Positions 55,698-64,000 of a stretch of DNA of 64,000 bases are shown here, piece by piece. The notes under the pieces are model-generated. The model worked only from the letters and a program-made list of their open reading frames with translations, did not search any database and was not told where the DNA came from. The DNA comes from an uncultured virus (IMG/VR IMGVR_UViG_3300028561_000554) (taxonomy: Duplodnaviria > Heunggongvirae > Uroviricota > Caudoviricetes). Each line of letters opens with the position of its first letter. Within the stretch, counting starts at the first letter, position 1. The stretch is from IMG/VR virus record IMGVR_UViG_3300028561_000554; one strand, written 5' to 3'. The position numbers and the translations under genes were made by a program.

Positions 55698-56895
55698 AAC
55701 CTACAAATACAGCGACAATACACAGCTTTCACCGCATTTCAATGCAAGAGAATTCAAATGCAAATGCGGTAAGGAGCATAATTTTCAGGTAAGTACCGAG
55801 CTCGTGGACAAGCTGGAAAAACTCTATGAAAAACTGGACTGCTCAAAAATTATTGTAACATCAGGATTCCGCTGTGCAGAGCATGATAAGAATGTCGGTG
55901 GAACTGGAACAGGACAGCATACCAAAGGTACTGCTGCTGATATTTGCTGTTATGGTCAGGACGGGCAGCCGATTTCCAGTAAGACTGTTTGCTGTACGGC
56001 ACAGGATATCGATTTCATGGGCATTGCAAACATCGACAGCAAGTATATTTACACCCATGTGGACGTGCGTACTGCTTCAAAATGGTACGGCGATGAAACA
56101 AAGGGAAATAACTCTGTGACAAGCGATTTTCACAGCTATTTCGGTATTCAGAAAGGCAATGAAAACTCTATGAAAGGCATTGATGTCAGCGTTCACAACG
56201 GCAGCATTGATTGGCAGAAAGTGAAATCTTCTGGCATTGATTTTGCAATTCTTCGTGCAGGCTACGGCAGGGAAATTTCCCAGAAAGACACACGTTTCGA
56301 GGAGAATTACAAGAATGCAAAATCGGCAGGAATCCCGATCGGAGCATACTGGTACAGCTATGCAATGTCAGAAGATGAAGCAAGACTGGAAGCGGATGTT
56401 TTCCTGTCTGTTATCAAGGGTAAGCAGTTTGAATTTCCGGTTTATTTCGATGTGGAGGAGAAAAAACAGTTTGATCTCGGCAAGGAAAAGGTTTCTGCTA
56501 TTATGCGTGCTTTTCTTGAACGTATTGAATCCGCAGGCTATTTTGTCGGGCTTTACGGCTCTGCATCTTCCCTCACAACGCATACCGCTGATGATATCAA
56601 AAACCGCTACACGATCTGGCTTGCACACTGGATTGAGAAAACAAACTACAGCGATTCGTATGCTCTGTGGCAGTATTCGGATAAAGGCACTGTTTCAGGA
56701 ATCAACGGCAATGTTGACCTTGATATTTGTACCACTGATTTTCCGTCGATTATCAAGGCAAATAGGCTGAACGGTTTCGGAAAATTCCACACTCCTGAAC
56801 CCGAAAAAATTCCCACGCCTGAACCTGATAACAAGGTGAATGTCACTGTTCAGATCGGCGGCGATAACTACAAAGGGACGCTTGAAAAGGTGTGA
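55690..56895 (+). CDS. endolysin: peptidase M15 plus GH25 muramidase
   Basis: HFNAREFKC, TSGFRC, QHTKGTAAD, HVDVR; GIDVSVHNG, YFDVE, WQYS, NVDLD. Confidence 0.9.
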   Translation: MIKTYKYSDNTQLSPHFNAREFKCKCGKEHNFQVSTELVDKLEKLYEKLDCSKIIVTSGFRCAEHDKNVGGTGTGQHTKGTAADICCYGQDGQPISSKTVCCTAQDIDFMGIANIDSKYIYTHVDVRTASKWYGDETKGNNSVTSDFHSYFGIQKGNENSMKGIDVSVHNGSIDWQKVKSSGIDFAILRAGYGREISQKDTRFEENYKNAKSAGIPIGAYWYSYAMSEDEARLEADVFLSVIKGKQFEFPVYFDVEEKKQFDLGKEKVSAIMRAFLERIESAGYFVGLYGSASSLTTHTADDIKNRYTIWLAHWIEKTNYSDSYALWQYSDKGTVSGINGNVDLDICTTDFPSIIKANRLNGFGKFHTPEPEKIPTPEPDNKVNVTVQIGGDNYKGTLEKV

Positions 56896-56902
56896 TTTTA
56901 TG

Positions 56903-56935
56903 GGCAGGAGTGTAAAATCTCCTGCCTTCCCTTTT
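56903..56935 (+). terminator. hairpin after the lysis module
   Basis: GGCAGGAG...CTCCTGCC followed by a pyrimidine tract. Confidence 0.5.
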
Positions 56936-56964
56936 GTATGTATAGCAATAGAGGGAGGTATGCT

Positions 56965-57357
56965 ATGACGATTAATCAAAAGCTGAAAATCGACCAGATG
57001 AAAGAAAACGGTCAATCCCTGCAATCCATCAGCGAGGAACTTAATATATCCATTGGCACAATAAAATCATATTTATCCAGAAAAAGTTCTGCTGTGCGAT
57101 GCGAATATTGCAGACAGACCATTCACCAGACAAATCACGGTAAAAAGAAACGATTTTGCAGTGACCGCTGCCGCATAAATTGGTGGCGTGAGCATTGTGA
57201 AAGCTCCAATAATTCACTTGAAAAAATTTGTCCGATATGCAAGAAAAAATTCTTCTCATATCCAAGCAAGAGACAAATTTACTGCTCCAAAAAGTGTTCA
57301 GGAAAGGCAAGGTGGGCTGATGTATCGCAGAATTATGATGTATCAGATAATGGCTGA
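56965..57357 (+). CDS. HTH plus zinc-finger protein
   Basis: ISEELNISIGTIKSY; CEYC..KRFCSDRCR; CPIC..YCSKKC. Confidence 0.75.
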   Translation: MTINQKLKIDQMKENGQSLQSISEELNISIGTIKSYLSRKSSAVRCEYCRQTIHQTNHGKKKRFCSDRCRINWWREHCESSNNSLEKICPICKKKFFSYPSKRQIYCSKKCSGKARWADVSQNYDVSDNG

Positions 57358-57484
57358 TATTCTCAAAAGCTGGCTGAAATCCGGTGCGATTTCAAAAAAG
57401 GAATACAACCAAATGAACACAAAAATAGCCGAAAAATACGGCATATCTTTGTCAGGTATATTCGTTGATAATTCTGCGGTTTAG
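57320..57484 (+). CDS. small SHOCT-like protein preceding the recombinase
   Basis: L..G.IS.KEY.Q....I.EKY. Confidence 0.6.
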   Translation: MYRRIMMYQIMADILKSWLKSGAISKKEYNQMNTKIAEKYGISLSGIFVDNSAV

Positions 57485-57493
57485 AGTTATTAT
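57465..57493 (+). promoter_or_regulatory. recombinase promoter
   Basis: TTGATA-17-TATTAT; AAAGGAG RBS follows. Confidence 0.5.
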
Positions 57494-57516
57494 GGTAGCT
57501 GAAAGGAGAGGTTATC

Positions 57517-58836
57517 ATGCAGCGATCGATACAAAAAATTGAACCCTCTACAGCTTCCCTACCACAGCTGCTCAAAGTTGCGGCTTATGCACGAGTTTCC
57601 AGTGGAAAGGACGCAATGCTTCACTCTTTGTCAGCACAGGTCGGATACTACACTGAATTAATTCAAAGCAATCCAGAGTGGCGATTCTGCGGTGTTTACG
57701 CTGATGAAGCACTGACAGGAACAAAGGATAATCGTGAGCAATTTCAAATAATGCTTGCGGAATGCAGAAAGGGAAACATCAATCTCATTATCACAAAATC
57801 TATCAGCAGATTTGCCCGAAATACCGTCACGCTTCTGGAAACTGTCAGAGAGCTGAAAGAGTTGGGAGTTGGCGTTCTGTTCGAGGAACAGAATATTCAC
57901 AGTCTTTCTTCTGATGGAGAATTGATGCTTTCTATCCTTGCAAGCTACGCTCAGGAGGAAAGCTACTCCGCAAGCGAGAATCAGAAATGGCGGATTCGCA
58001 GGAATTTTGAGGAAGGAAAAATCAGCAGTATCCGAATGCTCGGCTACAAAAGGACTCCCGATGGCAGTCTTGAAATCATTCCCGAAGAAGCAGAAACGGT
58101 ACGGCTGATTTTCAACAGCTATCTGTCGGGAATGGGGAAACAGACTATTGCCAATATGCTGAACGAAATGCAGATTCCAACGATAAACGGCTGTGAATGG
58201 ACGGCTGAGGACATCCGCAGGATTCTGAAAAATGAAAAGTATGCCGGGAATATGCTGCTGCAAAAGAAATTCCGTGAGAATCACCTGACCAAGAGAACGC
58301 TTAAAAACGACGGAAAATTGCCGCAGTATTTTGTAGAAGAATCTCATGAGCCGATTATTGAACAAGGTATTTTTGAAGCTGTTCAGAAGCATTTGCAGGA
58401 TCAGAGAGAACACTATTCTGCATCAAAGCCTGCCGGGATTTATCCATTTACAGGCAAAATTCAATGCCAGTGCTGCGGTAAAAATTATCGTAGGAAAACA
58501 ACTGCGACAGGTGTTGTCTGGATTTGCGCTACATACAACACAAAAGGCAAGAAGTACTGCCCAACAGCAAAGCAGATTCCCGAAAATACGTTGATTTCTG
58601 TTTGTTGCGAGGTGCTTGGAGTGGATAATTTCGATGCAGATATTTTTGAAAATCAGATTGAAAAGATTATTGTACCTGCACCAAATGAACTGATATTTAT
58701 TTTTCATGACGGACATCAGATTTTTGCGAACTGGAAAGACCGTTCACGTTCTGAAAGCTGGACAGATGAAATGAGAGAAAATGCCGCAAAAACCACAAAA
58801 GAAAGGCGATGGAAAAATGGCAAAGCAAATAACTAA
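57517..58836 (+). CDS. large serine recombinase
   Basis: AAYARVSS, TKSISRFARN, LGY, ILKNEKYAG, HEPII, CQCCG zinc ribbon. Confidence 0.93.
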   Translation: MQRSIQKIEPSTASLPQLLKVAAYARVSSGKDAMLHSLSAQVGYYTELIQSNPEWRFCGVYADEALTGTKDNREQFQIMLAECRKGNINLIITKSISRFARNTVTLLETVRELKELGVGVLFEEQNIHSLSSDGELMLSILASYAQEESYSASENQKWRIRRNFEEGKISSIRMLGYKRTPDGSLEIIPEEAETVRLIFNSYLSGMGKQTIANMLNEMQIPTINGCEWTAEDIRRILKNEKYAGNMLLQKKFRENHLTKRTLKNDGKLPQYFVEESHEPIIEQGIFEAVQKHLQDQREHYSASKPAGIYPFTGKIQCQCCGKNYRRKTTATGVVWICATYNTKGKKYCPTAKQIPENTLISVCCEVLGVDNFDADIFENQIEKIIVPAPNELIFIFHDGHQIFANWKDRSRSESWTDEMRENAAKTTKERRWKNGKANN

Positions 58837-59032
58837 AATTCCTCCAAGGCTGAATCCTGCCACTTTTGTACCAATTGAAAGTATCACAAAACGCAGAGTT
58901 GCAGGCTACGCACGAGTTTCAACCGATTCTGAGGAACAGAAAACCTCCTACGCTGCACAGGTGGATTATTACACCAAGTACATCAAAAGCAGAGCCGACT
59001 GGGAGTTTGTTGGTGTTTACACTGATGCTTAG
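58817..59032 (+). pseudogene. N-terminal fragment of a second serine recombinase, interrupted
   Basis: AGYARVSTDSEEQKTSY.AQVDYY...GVYTD then A-stop, where EG.SG is expected. Confidence 0.85.
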
Positions 59033-59176
59033 ACTCCCTATTGAATACAATAAAACGAAAGGTCAACCGCCGAAAAACACGCAGAATTGCGACATTTTCG
59101 GTAGTTGACCTTATTTTGTTATTGGGAGCGTCCGGTTCGGATGCTGATAGGTGATCTCTCACTCTCGAATGAAAGG

Positions 59177-59387
59177 TTTTCCACAAACAACACTATGCAA
59201 ATGAAAGGTCAGGCTTTCATTTGAAAGTGCAGGAGCTTTTATTTGAGGGTGCAACCACCAATCATTTTCTTAGTGTTGTTTGTGTAGAAATTGCCGCAGG
59301 TATGAGAAAAATGAACTGTTAGTTTCGTTACAGAATTTTCCACAAACATCACTATGCAAATGAAAGGTAGGCTTTTGTTTGAAAGTG
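59177..59387. repeat. ~52-bp direct repeat (59177-59229, 59336-59387) with a partial inverted copy at 59271-59290
   Basis: TTTTCCACAAACAwCACTATGCAAATGAAAGGT..GCTTT..TTTGAAAGTG twice. Confidence 0.85.
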
Positions 59388-59627
59388 TAAAGTGAACGGG
59401 TGATGCGTTTGGTATGATGTTTCTATCAGAGAGTCATTTACAGGTGAGAGAAGAAAGGAATGGACTTGTTCTATTGGCACTACAATTTAATCGAATCTGC
59501 TTCGATTCCGAACTTTTGTGCGCGTGCTCAACAATGGACATAGATGAACTATAGTCTCCTAGATATTTAGCTGTTTGTGTTATATGAATAATATGATGAT
59601 ATGGATAAGCGCGGCCTCAGATCAACG

Positions 59628-60002
59628 CTATTTTATGTCAACTATTCCTAACCAGATCCTTAAGGCTTCAAGGTAATATTCTGCATAATCAGACTTTAAA
59701 ATAGTACAAATTGAATATAGGTTAACATTATTACACTCGTCAGGGGGGTAACAATTCGTGATCATAAACATAAGCCTGATTGTTTTAAGACTGGACTCTG
59801 TTTGCCACGACCGAGAAATTACATCTGTATTAATCCGCTTAAGCTTGAAGTCATAAATCTCATACATATGTTGTTTGCATACTTCATCAAGAAGCAGAAG
59901 ATATAACAATGCTTTTTCTTTACTTTCCTTGATAGCAAGTTCTTCAACATAATCAGTGTATTCATTTTCGTGGGTAAAGCTGTAAAAAACAATCAATTCC
60001 AT
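59628..60002 (-). CDS. DUF6075-like protein
   Basis: HE..Y, ALLYLL, H..EIYDF, WQT.SS.K..RL.F, Y.EALRI. Confidence 0.65.
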   Translation of the reverse strand: MELIVFYSFTHENEYTDYVEELAIKESKEKALLYLLLLDEVCKQHMYEIYDFKLKRINTDVISRSWQTESSLKTIRLMFMITNCYPPDECNNVNLYSICTILKSDYAEYYLEALRIWLGIVDIK

Positions 60003-60017
60003 GATTTTCTTGTCTCC

Positions 60018-60950
60018 TTAAATATACGATTGATAAATATTACTTGAATTTGAACTATACTTACATCTAATGGAACACATTACATTCTTCCACCAAGGGA
60101 TTTGTGATATTATTGAATCCTTGGATATACCCCCTGTTGATAAATAAGAGTCTATAGCACTTCTATACATCTTTGTTATATAATATAGATCTTCGTTGTC
60201 TGTTTCACGCCCAACAAGTTTTACACTATCAACCCCTATATCTATCAGCAAAGGAATGGCACAGATTGCACAATTACAACATGCATCTAAAATATTGCAT
60301 TCATGTTCATCATGAACGAAATATGAATCTCGGCAAGTTACACCAACGTTTAGTTGTTCTCCATTATTATGGCAAAAATTACATGAACTCGAAATGTTTG
60401 AACAGCCATAACCTATAAACACTTCTATTTCCAATTCAGTACTCTTCTTCATTTCTTTGATTTCTTCAAGTTTCATTTGATCTGGAAGACAAACTCTTAC
60501 CACACCTAGTTCTGAAAGAAAACATAAGGTTTCTGTATTAAAGGCGCTAAGATAGCTTCCTGCAATAATAGGAGTAGTAATGCCTTCTTGCTTAAGGTAA
60601 ATAATGTTCCCAATATCCGAAACAATTAAGGCGTCAACCCCCATTTCGATGCCCATTAAAACATGCTGTAAATAACGTTTTCTCATAAAATCGTTGTCGC
60701 TATGTGACATATATTGGCAATTCACAGTATAATTAACGGCGACATTTTTAGAATGAGCATATTTCAATGTACGATAAAATTCAAGTGGAGATAATGTACT
60801 GTGCACACCATGACTTGTAATTTGAGCTCTTGCCGAAAAAGACATGGTAGAAAACAAGTCATCATTCATCCCCATATATATTTCATCAGCTCCAGCACTT
60901 ATTTGCCTTACGGCGGAATCAAATGAATTAACAGGAACCTTCATTTTCAT
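60018..60950 (-). CDS. peptidase U32 family protein
   Basis: AGADEIYMG, SARA, GVDALIVSDIG, EIEVF..GC...SSC, C..CAI, GVDSVKLVGR. Confidence 0.85.
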   Translation of the reverse strand: MKMKVPVNSFDSAVRQISAGADEIYMGMNDDLFSTMSFSARAQITSHGVHSTLSPLEFYRTLKYAHSKNVAVNYTVNCQYMSHSDNDFMRKRYLQHVLMGIEMGVDALIVSDIGNIIYLKQEGITTPIIAGSYLSAFNTETLCFLSELGVVRVCLPDQMKLEEIKEMKKSTELEIEVFIGYGCSNISSSCNFCHNNGEQLNVGVTCRDSYFVHDEHECNILDACCNCAICAIPLLIDIGVDSVKLVGRETDNEDLYYITKMYRSAIDSYLSTGGISKDSIISQIPWWKNVMCSIRCKYSSNSSNIYQSYI

Positions 60951-61787
60951 TTATATTCCCCCTTCAGATATTATACAATTAAAAGGATGCTCCTCTTTAA
61001 ATCTTGATTGTCCGCATATTTGGTTTCCTCTAAGAATAAGTGGCGTTGGAAAATATTTGGCCGCATCATTCAAAAAGATATCACATTCTTCCCATTGGCT
61101 TGCGAGCGATATTTCTCTACTTTGGTCACATTTTACGTTATCGCATCTACATGCAGACGATAATCTTCGAATATAGCAGCTTCTTTGAATACCATATAGA
61201 TAGAATGCCTTATGAACAAAAATATCAATACCAGCATTCTTAACTTTAATTAAGCTATCCAAGGTGTTTGGTGTAATGTTGGTTTCCAGAGATATCACAT
61301 TAAATCGTTTATAAAATATAATCTTAATATCATCATAAATGTTGACCTGCTTTATCACATCTTGAACCGCTCTGCTCTCATTTGCATATATCAATTCTCC
61401 CCAAGGGGTAAAATCAAACGAAAAAACAAGTGTTCTTCCTAAGCATATTTTTCTTTTCGGATCAAGTTGATGAATGTAATATAGCATTCCAAGGTCGTTA
61501 ACAATGATTACGCTTTCATCAAATACTTCTTCTCGTAGCAACTGGTTTAATATGGCTTTCATTTCTAAGAGGTGCTGCTGGGGCACAAAAGGTGTCAGAA
61601 TCCTTATTTGCTTATTATTTTTCTTTTGTTCCTTTAAGAAATATAAAAATTGAGGATTCCGGATAATTCGAAAGAATTTTATAATACAGCTTTCATGCCC
61701 AATACTAAATGAATTATACTTTTTATAATCGGCTGTGATGTCAAAATTAAAACGATCTATTCTCATTTCTGTAATTTTCATAATCAT
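60951..61787 (-). CDS. divergent U32-like partner protein
   Basis: IGHESC, TPFV, IIVNDLG, LGR, RSCY..C.C...C, GN; adjacent to the U32 gene. Confidence 0.55.
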   Translation of the reverse strand: MIMKITEMRIDRFNFDITADYKKYNSFSIGHESCIIKFFRIIRNPQFLYFLKEQKKNNKQIRILTPFVPQQHLLEMKAILNQLLREEVFDESVIIVNDLGMLYYIHQLDPKRKICLGRTLVFSFDFTPWGELIYANESRAVQDVIKQVNIYDDIKIIFYKRFNVISLETNITPNTLDSLIKVKNAGIDIFVHKAFYLYGIQRSCYIRRLSSACRCDNVKCDQSREISLASQWEECDIFLNDAAKYFPTPLILRGNQICGQSRFKEEHPFNCIISEGGI

Positions 61788-61793
61788 TTTCCT

Positions 61794-64000
61794 TTAGGGA
61801 GAGGAGACGAGAAACCTATTGAGATATTGCCCCGTTTTAGAATCGTTACAGGAAAGAATGCCTTTGGGAACTCCTTGATAAACGATTCGACCTCCATTCT
61901 TGCCACCGGAAGGTCCCATATCTATAATCCAATCAGACTGTAGCACAACTTCCATATTGTGTTCTACGACAATAAGTGTGTTTCCGTAGTTAACAATGCG
62001 GTTCATCATAGCAATCAGTCTTTCCGTGTCCTTAAAATGAAGACCATGAGTAGGCTCATCGAAAATATAGATATTCCCCTTGTTGGTAATCTTTCCGGCA
62101 AGTTTCAGTCGTTGCAGCTCACCGCCTGAAAGTGTGCTAAGAGGTTGTCCAAGTGTAATATACTCAAGCCCAACTTCTTGAAGCATATTAAGCTTTTTCT
62201 TTATAGAAGGCTGATCAGAAAAGAATTCAATTGCTTCTGAAACAGTCATATCAAGGACATCCGCAATATTTGCGCCTTTAACTCTTTGCTTTAAAACAAT
62301 ATCAGTATAGCGTCTTCCACCACATTTATCACACGGAGTACGAATATCTCCCATAAAATGCATATCTGTGACAGTATATCCCAGTCCGTTACAATTTGGA
62401 CAACTTCCGGAACTATTAAACGAAAAGGATGACGCATCAAATCCTGTTTTCTCGCTGTACAATTCTCTAATGTCATCAAACACTTTTGTATACGTTGCAG
62501 CATTTCCTCTCACAGTTGTTCCAACAGCACTTTGATCCACCACAATTGCTTTGGGGACACGTTCAATAAGAACATCTAAGAGCGTACTTTTACCTGCACC
62601 AGATACACCAGTTATACTAACCATGATGTTTTTAGGAATAGAGACATCCAGATGCTGAACATTATTTCTGTTGATATCTTGTAATGTTATATAGCTTTTG
62701 GATTGACGGACATCTGTTTTGAATCCTTTCAATGTTTGTTGAATACACTGTGCGGTTATGGATTCAGTATTATTTTTGAACTCGTCAACAGTACCGTCAA
62801 ATACTATCGTACCACCGTTTCTTCCAGCATCGGGGCCGATATCTATCACTGTGTCAGATGCTAGAATCATATCTCTATTATGCTCAATGACTAAAACTGT
62901 GTTTCCTGCATCCACCATACCACGAATGATTTTTTCCATTTTAATAATATCAATCGGGTGAAGCCCCGCGGTTGGTTCATCTAAAATATAAATCATATCA
63001 TTCAGAGAGCATCCCAAAGCTTTGGCTAATTTAACTTTCTGTGCTTCACCACCAGAAAGTGTATGCGCAGATCGATTCAATGTGACATAAGAGAGTCCAA
63101 CAGAGATTAAATTCTTTAACGACTTTAATATTGGAGGAATCAAGACATCTTCAACATCACCATGTAATTCAGAAAGAGTATCATATAAATCTGAAATCTC
63201 CATATTAACAAGTTCGCCGATTGTATACTTCCCCCCAATTTTCACATTTCTAACTTCTGATTTCAGTCTAGTACCATGACACTCAGGACAAAGTCCGGAA
63301 GTAAAGAATTGTGTATCATAATCGGCAGCCGATAAACCACGACTATCATTTTTACGCTTTATCATTCTGCTAATAATACCCTCATAGGAAAAACTTTGAA
63401 CATGTCCTGGCTCATCATTCTGATAAACGAACGGCTTGCAGTAAAGAAGTTTATCCATTTCTTCTTCTGAAAAGTCTCTTAGTTTTTTGTCCATATCAAA
63501 ATAATTGATAGCACGAATTATATTCCAGTAACGTGACCCAACCTTCCATGTTTTATGCTTAACAGCACCTTCATTCAAAGAAAGATTATAGTCCAAGAGA
63601 ATATTCAAATCCGGAGATAAGGCCTCGCCTAGTCCATTGCAAACCGGACATACTCCAAAAGCATTGTTAAACGAAAAATCAGCAGCTGAGAACATTCCGT
63701 CACCGGCACGGGAAAAGAGAAGTCTCAGATAAGAATATATGTCTGTATATGTTCCTACCGTAGAACGCGGTGTATTGGGAAAACTAGACTGGTCAATTAC
63801 GATACACGGTGAAAGTCCCGTGATTTGCTGTACATCAACGTCACCAATCTTTGGGAAACTTCTTCTTGCATAGGAACTGAGTGATTCCAGAAATTCTTTT
63901 TGCGCCTGCGCATAGATAACATCAAAAACAAGAGAAGATTTTCCAGAACCCGATACACCAGTCACCGTAATCCACTGGTGCTTTTTAATATTAAGGCTGA
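61794..64000 (-). CDS. UvrA-like (class II/DrrC-type) ABC ATPase, 5' end beyond the window
   Basis: TGVSGSGKSS, IDQS, TVGTYT, FSFN..G.CP.C.G.G, LSGGE twice, DEPT.GLH; frame stays open to the window edge. Confidence 0.9.
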   Translation of the reverse strand, partial: SLNIKKHQWITVTGVSGSGKSSLVFDVIYAQAQKEFLESLSSYARRSFPKIGDVDVQQITGLSPCIVIDQSSFPNTPRSTVGTYTDIYSYLRLLFSRAGDGMFSAADFSFNNAFGVCPVCNGLGEALSPDLNILLDYNLSLNEGAVKHKTWKVGSRYWNIIRAINYFDMDKKLRDFSEEEMDKLLYCKPFVYQNDEPGHVQSFSYEGIISRMIKRKNDSRGLSAADYDTQFFTSGLCPECHGTRLKSEVRNVKIGGKYTIGELVNMEISDLYDTLSELHGDVEDVLIPPILKSLKNLISVGLSYVTLNRSAHTLSGGEAQKVKLAKALGCSLNDMIYILDEPTAGLHPIDIIKMEKIIRGMVDAGNTVLVIEHNRDMILASDTVIDIGPDAGRNGGTIVFDGTVDEFKNNTESITAQCIQQTLKGFKTDVRQSKSYITLQDINRNNVQHLDVSIPKNIMVSITGVSGAGKSTLLDVLIERVPKAIVVDQSAVGTTVRGNAATYTKVFDDIRELYSEKTGFDASSFSFNSSGSCPNCNGLGYTVTDMHFMGDIRTPCDKCGGRRYTDIVLKQRVKGANIADVLDMTVSEAIEFFSDQPSIKKKLNMLQEVGLEYITLGQPLSTLSGGELQRLKLAGKITNKGNIYIFDEPTHGLHFKDTERLIAMMNRIVNYGNTLIVVEHNMEVVLQSDWIIDMGPSGGKNGGRIVYQGVPKGILSCNDSKTGQYLNRFLVSSP

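Larger units (their letters stand above)
59028..64000. mobile_element. AT-rich segment abutting the broken recombinase; likely nested integrated element (continues past the window)
   Basis: Abrupt junction, strand switch, visibly lower GC. Confidence 0.55.

Noticed and set aside
59028..59620. Group II intron interrupting the recombinase
   Set aside because: No GTGCG 5' end at the junction, no recognisable domain V/VI on either strand, and no reverse transcriptase in view
1..64000. tRNA/rRNA genes and prophage attL/attR
   Set aside because: No cloverleaf or rRNA-like sequence recognised; the prophage left end seems outside the window and no att core repeat could be identified

Overview
About 1-59.0 kb of the window is a Clostridia/Ruminococcus-type siphovirus prophage, almost all on the + strand. 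In order it carries: an ImmA/XRE regulator and two sigma-70 region-4 proteins; a replication module (DUF2800, DUF2815, PolA, DUF932, VRR-NUC, SNF2, P4-type primase, likely origin); metK; HNH with a likely cos region; and a ~17 kb accessory island (NrdDG, four DNA methyltransferases, PAPS-reductase family protein, antirepressor, amidoligase/GGCT, and small genes each with its own promoter). Terminase, portal, ClpP, capsid, tail, lysis and serine recombinase genes follow. Three genes carry inteins, one a Gln-starting class-3 type. The second recombinase is cut at ~59027, after which an AT-rich minus-strand segment encodes a UvrA-like ATPase, two U32-like proteins and a DUF6075-like protein. Less obvious signals are a protein-like ORF overprinted inside the C5 methyltransferase, an ACG at the tape-measure start, repeated hairpin-plus-promoter cassettes bracketed by an inverted promoter/sRNA repeat, long structured leaders, and a c-di-GMP-I-like motif. 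Family names come from motif recognition only; no searches or folding computations were run.
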